The notes: generated from the letters alone by a model not told the origin. Counted from the first letter of the stretch, positions 9,520 to 19,236 are shown. The stretch: DNA of 64,000 nt from Candidatus Woesearchaeota archaeon (GCA_030651375.1 JAUSFM010000009.1:65345-129344); one strand, 5' to 3'. A program made the numbers and translations.

Positions 9520-10501
9520 ACAATTCTTCCCACTTATTTTTTCCCAGAACAACGAGCGCCTCTTTGAAGGTAATAATCGGTTTCTTGTAGCGCTCAAAAT
9601 CATCAACGGCGATTCTTGGGCAGGCCAGTTCGACAAATCCATCGACGGTGTAAAAATTATATATCTTGTCCGGCGTCATTTCTCTCATCGTAATCAACAA
9701 CACATTTTTCCCTTGCTTTTCAAAACCCTCTTTCAATAGTTGGTACGCGCCGAATTTTTGGCCGACCTTGAGGCCGATGATGATGCCGACGGTTTTTGCC
9801 TCTTTCATTTTTTCTATTGATGCGGCGCGCTGCGTAATTATCTCGCGGCGTTTTTCATCCATGAGCACAACGTCCTCGTTGTAGGTGTCCAGCAAAATAA
9901 CGGGTGTTTCCGGCAGCGCGAGTGCCGCGCCGAGCGCGTGGAACTGGTTGCCGAGCACGACGACTGCTTCAATATTGTTTTCTTTTTTGCTTTTTTTCAA
10001 GCCGCCATATTCGCAGCCGACCACATGGCCGTTGACGTGCGCATAGCCCTGCTTATTTGGAATGAATACTTTTTTTCCGTGCTGTTCGTAGAACTGTTTT
10101 ATTTTTTCAATGAGGTGAATGTGCTGAATTGAACTTACAAGGCCAATGGTTGTGTACTGTTCAAGAAACTTTTTTGATTTTTCAGCCAGCGGCATCAAAT
10201 CTTTGGTGTCTTCTACATACACATACAGAATCGGAAAATCGATTTTCACAAACGGCGCATGGCCAAAGTGCACAATCAGTTCTGCACCAACTGCTTTTGC
10301 CTCGTCCAAATCAATGTCACACCCGCCCCAACAGTGTTCTCCCGAAATAATAAATCGGGTGGCGGGAACTGCTGTTTGCAGCGGCGCCATAATATCCAAT
10401 ACGTCCATCTTGATGCCGAGCGGCAGCTGGACAAGCACAGTTTTTGGCTTTCGCTCTACCAGCTCTTGAATTGTTTTGTCTAACTGAAAATTGAAGCGCA
10501 T
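9500..10501 (-). CDS. dph2: Diphthamide biosynthesis protein Dph2 (2-(3-amino-3-carboxypropyl)histidine synthase)
   Basis: QLPLG, CWGGCD, VHFGH, VVGC and ACPRI motifs include the Fe-S cysteines. Confidence 0.92.
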   Translation of the reverse strand: MRFNFQLDKTIQELVERKPKTVLVQLPLGIKMDVLDIMAPLQTAVPATRFIISGEHCWGGCDIDLDEAKAVGAELIVHFGHAPFVKIDFPILYVYVEDTKDLMPLAEKSKKFLEQYTTIGLVSSIQHIHLIEKIKQFYEQHGKKVFIPNKQGYAHVNGHVVGCEYGGLKKSKKENNIEAVVVLGNQFHALGAALALPETPVILLDTYNEDVVLMDEKRREIITQRAASIEKMKEAKTVGIIIGLKVGQKFGAYQLLKEGFEKQGKNVLLITMREMTPDKIYNFYTVDGFVELACPRIAVDDFERYKKPIITFKEALVVLGKNKWEELFTDGFV

Positions 10502-10552
10502 GAAACCGTCGGCAGAAGGGGAGTATTTAAACGTTTCTCTTTCTTATGTATA

Positions 10553-11254
10553 TTATGTATACCTCTCAATCTTAACATTCTCCGGCGAGACATTCCGGCT
10601 TTTCAGAAGCTGCTGGGTTTCCAGCACCATGTCTTTAAACCCGCAAAGATAAAACATCTTGTTATTCAACTCAGCTGGCACGTGGTGCTGCACACGCCCC
10701 TGAAGCCCGCTCCATTTCTCTTGCGACAACGTGACCAGATAGGTGAAGTTGGAGTACTGCTGCGCCAGTTTTTTCAGCTCGCTATACATCAAAATGTCAC
10801 CTCGAGTCCGACAGCCAAAGAGCAGGGTAAACGGGAATGCCGGATTATTTTTAACGTGCTCCGTCAGCATTGAATAGAACGGCGCGATACCGGCGCCGGT
10901 GCAGATAAGCCAATTTTTCATTCCATCCTTTGCTGCTTTTTTTTCGTCAAACACAAAAAAGCCAAACGGCCCCTGCATCTCAAACACCTCACCTTTTCGC
11001 GCGTTTTTGAGAATGTCAGAGGCAAAGCCGCCCGGAATAATTTTCACGCACAGCTCAATTTTTCCTTTTTCTGACGGCGGATTTAAAATAGAGTATGATT
11101 TTGTTTTTGTCTGGCCATTGTTTGTTATTTTTATGAGTACAAATTGTCCAGCCGTGAAGGTAAACTGGGCGGGCACATCGAATGAAAAGTACGCGATGTC
11201 ATTCGTGAGATACCTTATTTCCGTAAGCGTTGCTTTGAAGATTTCTTTGGGCAT
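10553..11254 (-). CDS. FAD/NAD(P)-binding oxidoreductase (ferredoxin-NADP reductase-like)
   Basis: [27 protein letters not shown] and YLCG motifs; start taken at MPKEIF. Confidence 0.88.
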   Translation of the reverse strand: MPKEIFKATLTEIRYLTNDIAYFSFDVPAQFTFTAGQFVLIKITNNGQTKTKSYSILNPPSEKGKIELCVKIIPGGFASDILKNARKGEVFEMQGPFGFFVFDEKKAAKDGMKNWLICTGAGIAPFYSMLTEHVKNNPAFPFTLLFGCRTRGDILMYSELKKLAQQYSNFTYLVTLSQEKWSGLQGRVQHHVPAELNNKMFYLCGFKDMVLETQQLLKSRNVSPENVKIERYT

Positions 11255-11330
11255 GCCATCTGGGAAAAGGGAAACCTTTTTATACTTTCCGCAAATGTCT
11301 GTTTTATACTCACATTGGGGGTTGATTCTC

Positions 11331-11936
11331 ATGGCACATACCTTACCAAAACTTGATTATGACTACAGCGCGCTTGAGCCGACCATTGACGCAAAAACAA
11401 TGGAGATTCATCACACAAAACACCATCAGGCCTACATTGACAAGCTCAACGCCGCGATTAAAGGGACTGCATTTGAATCAATGGACGTTGTTGAACTGAT
11501 AAAAAAATTAAACGAAGTTCCTGAAAACATCCGAACCGCTGTTCGCAATCATGGCGGCGGCCATCTGAATCATTCGTTCTTCTGGAAAATAATGGCGCCG
11601 AAAGCCGGCGGCGAACCAACCGGAAAAATTGGCGACGCCATCACGAAAACATTTGGCAGCTTTGAAAAATTCAAGGAAGAATTTTCAAACGCAGGGCTGA
11701 ATCGCTTTGGTTCGGGTTGGGCATGGCTCGTTGCAGATCATGGAAAACTTGCAGTAGTCAGCACGCCGAATCAGGACAACCCGCTCACGGACGGAAAAAT
11801 TCCCTTGCTCGGATGCGACGTCTGGGAACACGCCTATTATTTACGCTACCAAAACAAGCGCGCTGATTATCTTGCCGCGTTCTGGAACGTGGTGAACTGG
11901 AAGGAAGTTGAGAAACAGTTTAAGGCATTGAAATAA
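11331..11936 (+). CDS. sodA: Superoxide dismutase (Mn-type signature)
   Basis: [27 protein letters not shown] and DVWEHAYY motifs; ATG at 11331 (the ORF track extends it upstream). Confidence 0.95.
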   Translation: MAHTLPKLDYDYSALEPTIDAKTMEIHHTKHHQAYIDKLNAAIKGTAFESMDVVELIKKLNEVPENIRTAVRNHGGGHLNHSFFWKIMAPKAGGEPTGKIGDAITKTFGSFEKFKEEFSNAGLNRFGSGWAWLVADHGKLAVVSTPNQDNPLTDGKIPLLGCDVWEHAYYLRYQNKRADYLAAFWNVVNWKEVEKQFKALK

Positions 11937-11971
11937 AAAGGCTTAAATATGCCCGCTCTATAGTGACTCTT

Positions 11972-12613
11972 ATGGCAGAAACAACAACCCAAACAACCCA
12001 AACAACCCAATCAACCACAAAACAATTCATCACCCGCGAAACAACCATCGGTGACATTGTTGCGCAGTATCCGTATCCTGAAATAGTTGAGACCTTGATG
12101 GGCTTCGGCGTGCACTGCGTTGGCTGCGGCGCGAGTGCGTATGAGTCGCTGGAAGACGGCTTTGCCGGCCACGGCATGGGCGACACTGATATTGATGAGG
12201 CGGTTCGCCAGCTGAATGAAGTTATTGGCAAAATCGAAGAGGAGCGCAGCGTGGCGCCTGCACCTGTTGAAACAGAATCAAAACAAGACTATAACCTCAC
12301 GCTCACTGAATCCGCTGCTGCAAAAATCAGGGAACTGCGCAGCAGAGAAAAGAAAGATGACCATGCGTTACGCATCAGAATCATTCCCGGCGGCTGTTCT
12401 GGCTTCCAGTACCGCTTTATTTTTGACAACAAGACAACTGCTGACGATACTATTCTTGAAAAGCACGGCGTAAACCTGTGTGTTGACAAAGAAAGTCTGG
12501 CTATGCTCAACAATGCGAAAATAGATTTTGTCGATACGCTGCAGGGCAGCGGATTTAAGATAGACAATCCCAATTCAACTGATAACTGCCATTGTGGGAA
12601 GAGCTTTAAGTAA
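11972..12613 (+). CDS. DUF1858 domain fused to an A-type Fe-S carrier (IscA/ErpA/HesB)
   Basis: N-terminal GVHCVGC...ESLEDG (DUF1858-like); C-terminal GGCSGFQY and CHCGKSF. Confidence 0.88.
   Translation: MAETTTQTTQTTQSTTKQFITRETTIGDIVAQYPYPEIVETLMGFGVHCVGCGASAYESLEDGFAGHGMGDTDIDEAVRQLNEVIGKIEEERSVAPAPVETESKQDYNLTLTESAAAKIRELRSREKKDDHALRIRIIPGGCSGFQYRFIFDNKTTADDTILEKHGVNLCVDKESLAMLNNAKIDFVDTLQGSGFKIDNPNSTDNCHCGKSFK
11984..12010 (+). repeat. 9-bp tandem repeat (ACAACCCAA)x3 encoding TTQ repeats
   Basis: Read directly in the sequence, in frame at the N-terminus of the Fe-S carrier. Confidence 0.85.
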
Positions 12614-12617
12614 CCAT

Positions 12618-13028
12618 TCAGGATTCTCTTCGTTCGATATCACTAACTTTGTCAAACCCTCCATCAAAAGAATAAATTATCGGCACATTTAGTTCACGTG
12701 CAGCGACGATAAGTGAGCAGTCAGTAAGTGTTAATGTTTTGTATTGTGCCATCAATCTTCCGATTTCGTAGTGCATCACTTTATCAACGTACATGACCTG
12801 AATCCGCTCAACATCAGTTAAGGAAACGTAGGCTTTGAGAAGATCTTCAAAGCGTACCTTCTTCATAAGAAAATTAATTACTTCGACAATGACATAATTC
12901 GTGACAATCATCTTTCCTATTTTCTTATCGAGCAACTGATTCATGATATCGATGCTCTTTTGTCGATGCTGATCTCCTTTGTACCAAAGACCGATGAATA
13001 TGTTTGAATCAACAATTACCGTGTTCAT
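12618..13028 (-). CDS. vapC: PIN-domain toxin (VapC family)
   Basis: VIVDSNIFIG, E at VIVEV, LTDC and SFDGGFD acidic motifs; ATGA overlap with the upstream small gene. Confidence 0.88.
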   Translation of the reverse strand: MNTVIVDSNIFIGLWYKGDQHRQKSIDIMNQLLDKKIGKMIVTNYVIVEVINFLMKKVRFEDLLKAYVSLTDVERIQVMYVDKVMHYEIGRLMAQYKTLTLTDCSLIVAARELNVPIIYSFDGGFDKVSDIERRES

Positions 13029-13297
13029 AGTGTTGTGTCTATCTCCTCAAGCCAGTTTTTTCCTAAGTCAATCGGTTTGATGCTCTTCAGTAATTGGGTA
13101 ATCCTTTCCCGTGTATTGTCTTGTTTTTTTCCAAGTCGGCTTGCCAGCTCTTCTTGGTGTTCTGCCGCAATTTCAATGCTTTTTTCGATAAGTGTTTTTT
13201 GCGCAACGGAAATACCACGGTGCTTGAGATGAATCTGAAGCTCATCAAGAAGCAGAACGCTTTCCCTTGCTATCCTGCGTGTTGTGTCTGGTTCCAT
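13025..13297 (-). CDS. Putative antitoxin (VapB-like)
   Basis: Small ORF directly upstream of and overlapping the PIN gene; acidic C-terminus (WLEEIDTTL). Confidence 0.7.
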   Translation of the reverse strand: MEPDTTRRIARESVLLLDELQIHLKHRGISVAQKTLIEKSIEIAAEHQEELASRLGKKQDNTRERITQLLKSIKPIDLGKNWLEEIDTTL

Positions 13298-13386
13298 AGT
13301 GACCACTTGACTACTTGTAGTCAAAACTACTATTTAAAGCTTGTGATATCAGAATGTTTATAAATAACCTCATTTTTCCTTGTTCT

Positions 13387-13953
13387 ATGGCTGACTTCCT
13401 CGACTTTCCTGACTTCGACCCCCCCCTGAAGCAGGTTGAACCTGACGACGCGCTGATTGTTCTTGCAGCGCTCCGCGCCGAGGAACAGGCGCGGCCAGAA
13501 TTGGTTGCTGTTTTCAAACCATTTCCCACACTGACAAGCGATTATCTCTATCTTCCACTGCGGCGCCGTGTTCGTCTTGGAATATTTAATCGCTCCAATA
13601 GTGGTTATCTTCACGGGCAGGGTACCGGCGACTGCATACGTGCATTGGACGGACGCAAAGGGCTGCAAGAACTTGCGCGCACGTGCCGCTGGACCTATCA
13701 AGTCCTCGCATTTTTTGATGCCTACACACAAGAACAACAAGAAGGAACCACACGACCGTTTACCAGCGGCACACTTCGCCAAACGAGCGACGGGAGAACC
13801 GTGCTCAAAAATATCCGCCACAACAGTTCTTCATTAGACACTGTTGTTCGCATTGCTGCCGAAGCCCAGCCAGACATTCTCAACCATTACTGGTCGCGCC
13901 AACGCGCAGAAGAGCAACGAGAAGTCTTAGTTCGCTCACCGTACGTTCATTAA
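13387..13953 (+). CDS. hypothetical protein
   Basis: ATG at 13387 with TTTATAAA 30 nt upstream; no family recognised. Confidence 0.65.
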   Translation: MADFLDFPDFDPPLKQVEPDDALIVLAALRAEEQARPELVAVFKPFPTLTSDYLYLPLRRRVRLGIFNRSNSGYLHGQGTGDCIRALDGRKGLQELARTCRWTYQVLAFFDAYTQEQQEGTTRPFTSGTLRQTSDGRTVLKNIRHNSSSLDTVVRIAAEAQPDILNHYWSRQRAEEQREVLVRSPYVH

Positions 13954-13982
13954 TTTTCTCTATTCCTTTCATCACACAAACC

Positions 13983-14011
13983 TTTATATACAAGTTCGCA
14001 TATACGAACTT
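13983..14011 (+). promoter_or_regulatory. TATA box plus palindromic DtxR/MntR-type operator
   Basis: TTTATATA at 13983-13990, then AAGTTCGCATATACGAACTT (13992-14011, 18/20 palindromic) ending 4 nt before the repressor ATG. Confidence 0.8.
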
Positions 14012-14015
14012 TTCT

Positions 14016-14417
14016 ATGATCACCGCGACCAAAGAGGATTATCTTCGGGCGATCTATCGCTTGGAGGAAAAACAGGGGCGGGCCGTCAAAGCCGTCGAGC
14101 TTGCCAAAGAATTGCACCTCGCTAAATCAACCGTCTCTGAACGGCTTCGGGAACTGTCGCGTGCAAAACTTGTCAAGCCGCAGTACTCAACGCTTTCCCT
14201 GACTGCCCGCGGTTGCGCTCTGGGGCGTACGCTGACCTACAAGCACCGCATCATTGAAGTGTTTCTCCATGACATGCTCAACTTCGACAAAAAGAAAATC
14301 CACGCCGAGGCACATAAATTGGAACACGCATTCAGCGATGAGGCAATCAAAAAGTTAAGCCGACTGTTGGGGAATCCGCGCACGGATCCGCACGGCTCAG
14401 CGATACCAGCGGTGTAA
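14016..14417 (+). CDS. DtxR/MntR family metal-dependent repressor
   Basis: EDYLRAIY, HTH (ELAKELHLAKSTVSERL), KHRIIEVFL, EAHKLEH and DPHGSAIP motifs. Confidence 0.93.
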   Translation: MITATKEDYLRAIYRLEEKQGRAVKAVELAKELHLAKSTVSERLRELSRAKLVKPQYSTLSLTARGCALGRTLTYKHRIIEVFLHDMLNFDKKKIHAEAHKLEHAFSDEAIKKLSRLLGNPRTDPHGSAIPAV

Positions 14418-14419
14418 TC

Positions 14420-15706
14420 ATGTCAAAAAGTTCTTTCTTTCTCGGCGTCCTGCTTTTCGTAGCTGGCATTGTATTTCTTTTTCTTCCTCACGATGTACAC
14501 CTTAAAGTAACCTTTGGCATAAACCTTCCTCACGTCATTCACTCGCTCATTGGCGCCGGTGTTGGACTTATCGGGCTTATCAGTATCTTTAATTCACGCT
14601 TTGAGCGTTCGTTGCCTTTTTTTGCTGTGCATCGCCGTGTGCTGAAAAAAATTGTTGTTATGCTGTTCTTTCTTGTTGTCACTGCCAGCGTTTTTTTTCA
14701 GGCATCAGAAGGAAGCCACGAGCCGGGCAAGGCGAGCATCGAAACTGATGGTCAGCACGTGCCTGATGATTATGCCGATCTACACACGGTTGCACAAGCG
14801 CAAATGGGCGCTGTCGGTGAGGTAAGCGAATTTCCCGGTATTGATCCGACTGTGTATCTAACGGCGTGGAACTTCGACAATCTCCCCCCTGAAGAGCGCG
14901 CCAAATTCTACAAAGAAACTCCTCGCGCCGATGATACCATGCTGCGCGAATACTGGTTTTATGCTGAAGAAACAGAAATTGAAATCGCTCCCGGTGTTTT
15001 TTTTCCGGCATGGGCATATAATGGGCAAGTTCCTGGCCCCACGATTCGCGCAACTGAAGGAGATACGGTCCGCATTTATTTCACCAACAAGGCAGAAAAA
15101 CCCCACACCATGCACTTCCACGGCTTCCACCCGGCAGAGATGGACGGTTCCATGCCGCACCAGCTGGTGCTGCCCGGTGAAACCTTTACGTATGAATTCA
15201 CTGCCGAGCCGTTTGGCACCCACCTGTACCACTGCCATTCAGTTCCCCTTGCCCAGCACATCACCAAGGGATTATACGGCGTCTTTATTGTTGACCCAAA
15301 AACTGACCCGCGGCCGAAGCCAAACACAGAACTTGTCATGCTGATGAATGGCTTTGATCCGAACTTTGACGGCGAAAATGAAGTCTATGCTGTCAACACG
15401 GTTGCGTTTTATTACATGAAACATCCTATCAAAGTAAAAAAAGGCGAGCTGGTTCGCATTCACTTGAGCAACATGCTCGAGATTGATCAGATTAATTCAT
15501 TCCATCTTCACGGAAACTTTTTTGACAAATACAACACAGGCACCACCCTGACGCCGAGTGATTATACTGATATTTTGATCCTTGGCCAGGCCGAACGTGC
15601 AATCCTTGATGTGCGTTTCAAGTATCCCGGCCAGTACATGTTCCACTCCCACAAAACCGAGTTTGCCGACAAGGGATGGATGGGTATGTTTGAGGTGGAA
15701 GAATGA
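14420..15706 (+). CDS. Two-domain multicopper oxidase with N-terminal membrane segments
   Basis: HTMHFHG, YHCHSVPLAQH, FHLHG and MFHSH copper motifs; three hydrophobic N-terminal segments. Confidence 0.9.
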   Translation: MSKSSFFLGVLLFVAGIVFLFLPHDVHLKVTFGINLPHVIHSLIGAGVGLIGLISIFNSRFERSLPFFAVHRRVLKKIVVMLFFLVVTASVFFQASEGSHEPGKASIETDGQHVPDDYADLHTVAQAQMGAVGEVSEFPGIDPTVYLTAWNFDNLPPEERAKFYKETPRADDTMLREYWFYAEETEIEIAPGVFFPAWAYNGQVPGPTIRATEGDTVRIYFTNKAEKPHTMHFHGFHPAEMDGSMPHQLVLPGETFTYEFTAEPFGTHLYHCHSVPLAQHITKGLYGVFIVDPKTDPRPKPNTELVMLMNGFDPNFDGENEVYAVNTVAFYYMKHPIKVKKGELVRIHLSNMLEIDQINSFHLHGNFFDKYNTGTTLTPSDYTDILILGQAERAILDVRFKYPGQYMFHSHKTEFADKGWMGMFEVEE

Positions 15707-16890
15707 GCCGCCGCGCGAACCTCTGGGTTCGGGGGCTTTTGCCGCTCTTGTTACTTGCGGTTCTTCTCTTCAGCTTTGTTAACTTCGGTCCGCTTGGTGT
15801 TTTTAAGGCATCCTTTCCGCCGATTGAAGAAGTCTTCATTGACCGCGTCGTGTTCGCGCCAGAGCAGGTTACGCTCGATGTGCTCAATGACGGCCCGCAA
15901 CCAGTCACCGTCTCACAGGTGCTTGTAAACGATGTGTATTGGAATTTTAAAATGGAACCAAGCTCGACGCTTTCGCCGCTGCAGCGCGGAAAAATTGATC
16001 TGGTGTATCCCTGGGTTGAAGGCGAACCGATTGGATTCACGCTGATTGCCAGCGATGGCGTGACGTTTGATAAAGAAGTCGAGATTGCTTTTTTGACGCC
16101 AACCTTCAATTGGCTGTACTTCAAAACATTTGTCATGCTTGGCTTATATGTCGGTGTGATTCCCGTCCTTATTGGCTTGTTGTGGTTTCCGTTTCTTAAA
16201 CAACTGCACCGCAAATGGTACAGTTTCCTGCTCGCCTTCACCATCGGCCTGCTCATCTTTTTAGGATTCGATGCACTCAAAGAAGCATTCGACTTAGTTG
16301 GGTCAGTTGCAGAAACTCTGAACGGTGTTGGCATCTTTGTCATTGGCTTCCTGCTCTCGATTCTTGTTCTTTCTGCAGTCAGCTACCGGACTGAATTTGT
16401 TAAGCAAAAAAGCGCGCATGTCAAGGCACTTGTCTGGGGCTATCTCATTGCGCTGGGCATAGGGTTGCACAACTTGGGCGAGGGACTCGCCATTGGAAGC
16501 GCCTATGCGTTTGGTGAAATTGCGCTCGGCGCCACGCTGGTCATCGGATTCATGGTGCACAATGTTACCGAAGGCGTTGCGATTGTCACGCCGCTCACTC
16601 GCAGCGGTGAACGGTTTCGCAGCATACTTCCACATCTTGTCGGCATGGGCATTCTCGCAGGAATACCAACTATTCTTGGCACGCTCATTGGCGGTTTTTC
16701 ATACGGTCCGGCGTTGGGCGTATTTTTCTTTGCCATCGGCGCCGGCGCGATTTTTGATGTTGCGTTTGACATCGCACGCCATCTTGCCGAAGAAAAAGGA
16801 AAATGGATTTCCATCTTTACCCTGCCGAATGTTATTGGATTTTTCATTGGCTTATTGGTCATGTACCTGACTGGATTTTTAGTAGTGTGA
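15703..16890 (+). CDS. ZIP family metal transporter with N-terminal extracytoplasmic domain
   Basis: LHNLGEGLAIG and VHNVTEG ZIP motifs; ATGA overlap with the MCO gene. Confidence 0.9.
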   Translation: MSRRANLWVRGLLPLLLLAVLLFSFVNFGPLGVFKASFPPIEEVFIDRVVFAPEQVTLDVLNDGPQPVTVSQVLVNDVYWNFKMEPSSTLSPLQRGKIDLVYPWVEGEPIGFTLIASDGVTFDKEVEIAFLTPTFNWLYFKTFVMLGLYVGVIPVLIGLLWFPFLKQLHRKWYSFLLAFTIGLLIFLGFDALKEAFDLVGSVAETLNGVGIFVIGFLLSILVLSAVSYRTEFVKQKSAHVKALVWGYLIALGIGLHNLGEGLAIGSAYAFGEIALGATLVIGFMVHNVTEGVAIVTPLTRSGERFRSILPHLVGMGILAGIPTILGTLIGGFSYGPALGVFFFAIGAGAIFDVAFDIARHLAEEKGKWISIFTLPNVIGFFIGLLVMYLTGFLVV

Positions 16891-16899
16891 GGAATAAAA

Positions 16900-17268
16900 A
16901 TGGCTAAGCTTTTTCTGCTGCTTTTTTTCTGTATCATGGTTCTGTTGGCAGGGTGCAGTACGCTGCCAGAATCAAACACCGTGCCTACCGGCGCGGTGAA
17001 AGAATTTACCATAACAGCGCAAAACTGGGAATTTTCACCTGCAACTATTCGCGTCAATGAAGGCGACACCGTCGTTATTCATGCACGCACGATTGAAGGA
17101 ATTCACGGCCTACTGTTTCCTGATTTCAATATCAATAAACGGCTTGATCCGGGAGAAGAAGTAACCATTGAATTTGTTGCCGATAAAAAAGGCATCTTTC
17201 CTTTTGCCTGCTCGGTGTATTGTGGGAATGGGCATACTGCAATGAATGGAATTTTGATTGTGGAGTAA
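16900..17268 (+). CDS. Cupredoxin-domain protein with CuA-type motif (lipoprotein-like)
   Basis: Signal peptide ending LLAGC; IHG plus CSVYCGNGHTAM (C-x3-C-x3-H-x2-M). Confidence 0.85.
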   Translation: MAKLFLLLFFCIMVLLAGCSTLPESNTVPTGAVKEFTITAQNWEFSPATIRVNEGDTVVIHARTIEGIHGLLFPDFNINKRLDPGEEVTIEFVADKKGIFPFACSVYCGNGHTAMNGILIVE

Positions 17269-17272
17269 TACC

Positions 17273-18538
17273 ATGCTCTCCTTTCTCAAATCATTCCGCT
17301 GTCTAAAAGACAGAAACTTCTGGACTTTTTTTGGTTCAGGGCTGCTCGTCAGCGTTGCCTACATGGACCCCGGCAACTGGGGCACCGACATCAGCGGCGG
17401 AGCATCGTTTAATTATGATCTTCTCTGGGTGATTTGGCTTGCTTCGGGCATGGGTATGCTTTTTCAATATCTTTCAGGCAAGCTCGGCATTGCCGGCTAT
17501 TCCCTGCCGGAACTCGTCAAGGAACGCTTCAAAAATAAATGGGCAGTGCTCTCATATTGGCTCCTTGCAGAAGTTGCGATTCTTGCGACTGACCTTGCTG
17601 AATTTTTGGGAATTGTCGTCGCGCTGAACTTATTGTTTGGCATTCCGCTCATTTATGGAACGTATCTTGCCATTGCCGATGTGCTCGTCATTATATTCCT
17701 CACTCAAAAACGGTTTCGCTTGCTTGAACAGGTGTTTGTTGTCTTTGTCTCCATCATCGGGCTTGCGTATGTGTACGAATTGTTCATCACCAAGCCAGAT
17801 ATTTCTGCAATCCTCATTCATTCCATCACGCCGAAACTGACGGCGGCGAGCGCGCTCATTGCCGTTGGCATCATTGGAGCGACGGTCATGCCGCATGCGC
17901 TCTTTGTGCATTCATGGCTGCTGAAAAATAAAATAATCAGCAGCAACGGCAAACTGGGCAACAAAAAAACAATCCTGAAATATCACCTTATTGATAATGT
18001 TGTTTCCCTCACGATTGCCGGTGGAATCAACGCGGCAATTCTGATTATGTCAGCTGCTGCGTTTTACCATATCGGCGCGCCGGTAGCAACACTGGAGGAA
18101 GCGTACAAAACGCTGATACCCTTGTTTGGCACGTTTGCGGCGGTCGTCTTTGCCGTTGCGCTGTTATCCGCAGGCATCTCATCGTCGGTGACCGGCACGC
18201 TTGCCGGACAGTCAATCATGGACGGGCTTACCAATTTTAAAATTCCGCTCTGGGTGCGCCGTGTCATCACCCGCGGCATCAACGTGATTCCCGTAACCAT
18301 CGCGATTGTGCTCGGCATTGACCCGCTGAAGATATTAGTTCTGAGTCAAGTTGCGTTGAGTCTTCTGATACCTCTTCCGCTGATTCCGCTCCTAGTGTTT
18401 ACCTCAAACAAAAAAATTATGAAATCTTTGGTCAATAAAAAAATAACCACCGTCTTCGCAGTCCTTTTTGCGGCAATCATTCTCTGCTTTAACGCGTACC
18501 TATTATATTCAGTCTTTACCGGCGGCGTTCAGTTTTGA
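17273..18538 (+). CDS. mntH: NRAMP family divalent metal (Mn2+) transporter
   Basis: AYMDPGNW, GATVMPHALFVHS and GTLAGQ motifs. Confidence 0.93.
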   Translation: MLSFLKSFRCLKDRNFWTFFGSGLLVSVAYMDPGNWGTDISGGASFNYDLLWVIWLASGMGMLFQYLSGKLGIAGYSLPELVKERFKNKWAVLSYWLLAEVAILATDLAEFLGIVVALNLLFGIPLIYGTYLAIADVLVIIFLTQKRFRLLEQVFVVFVSIIGLAYVYELFITKPDISAILIHSITPKLTAASALIAVGIIGATVMPHALFVHSWLLKNKIISSNGKLGNKKTILKYHLIDNVVSLTIAGGINAAILIMSAAAFYHIGAPVATLEEAYKTLIPLFGTFAAVVFAVALLSAGISSSVTGTLAGQSIMDGLTNFKIPLWVRRVITRGINVIPVTIAIVLGIDPLKILVLSQVALSLLIPLPLIPLLVFTSNKKIMKSLVNKKITTVFAVLFAAIILCFNAYLLYSVFTGGVQF

Positions 18539-18554
18539 GAAATAGGCCTGCCAT

Positions 18555-19211
18555 TTACCGCTGTGTCACCACACCAACTTGCTTGCAGTATTTTCGTATT
18601 GGGCACCGGCTGCAGTGCGGGCTGATGGGCGTGCAGGTGTGCTGGCCGAAGGCGACGAGCATTGAGTTAATTTTCTCCCAGTACTCTTTTGGCAGTTTTT
18701 TCCGCAGCGCCATTTCAGTTTCATACGGCGTTTTTGTTTTGACATACCCCAACCGGTTGCTGATGCGGTGGACATGGGTATCAACGCACATGCCGGGCTT
18801 TTGAAAGCCGACAGCCACGACGAGGTTTGCGGTTTTTCGCCCGACACCGGGCAGTTCGATAAGCTCTTCGACGGTCTGCGGAATTGTTCCTCCAAATTTT
18901 TCCTGTAGTACCAGCGGAAGCTGTTTCAAATGGCGCGCTTTTGTTTTGTAAAAGCCGACCGGATAAATAAGCTGTTCGATTTCTTTTTCTGAAAGCGTTC
19001 CGAGGTCTGCGACATGGTGGATGCGGGAAAATAATTTTCTGCAGGCTGCTGCGGTTGTCTGGTCCTTTGTGCGGGCAGAAAGAATCGTAGCAATGAGCAC
19101 CTTTTCAGGATCGTTTGTTTGTATTTTGATTAAATCAACAATCGGGACCTTGTAGTTCTTGACTTCTTTTTCAAGAATCTGGTACACCGTATCAATGCTG
19201 GCGCTGTTCAT
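18555..19211 (-). CDS. nth: Endonuclease III
   Basis: LSARTKD, HhH LPGVGRKTA, VDTHVHR and C-x6-C-x2-C-x5-C Fe-S motifs. Confidence 0.95.
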   Translation of the reverse strand: MNSASIDTVYQILEKEVKNYKVPIVDLIKIQTNDPEKVLIATILSARTKDQTTAAACRKLFSRIHHVADLGTLSEKEIEQLIYPVGFYKTKARHLKQLPLVLQEKFGGTIPQTVEELIELPGVGRKTANLVVAVGFQKPGMCVDTHVHRISNRLGYVKTKTPYETEMALRKKLPKEYWEKINSMLVAFGQHTCTPISPHCSRCPIRKYCKQVGVVTQR

Positions 19212-19236
19212 GGCAAAAAAAGAGAAAAAGAAGCAT

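Noticed and set aside
10899-11330. 144-aa N-terminal extension of SOD in the ORF track
   Set aside because: It is the antisense of the FNR-like gene; the SOD sequence begins at ATG 11331.
14420-15706. Copper nitrite reductase (nirK) call
   Set aside because: Both domains carry HxH pairs for a trinuclear site and the type-1 axial position is Leu; the context is metal uptake, so a two-domain MCO fits better.
17160-17186. Sigma-28 promoter-like GCCGATAA (also near 56318)
   Set aside because: Both lie inside coding sequence, and the 17179 copy has no TAAA at the expected spacing. I found no convincing sigma-28 or sigma-32 promoters in intergenic DNA.
16900-17268. Cytochrome c oxidase subunit II or NosZ
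   Set aside because: Only a 122-aa CuA-type domain is present, with no subunit I or nos genes nearby.
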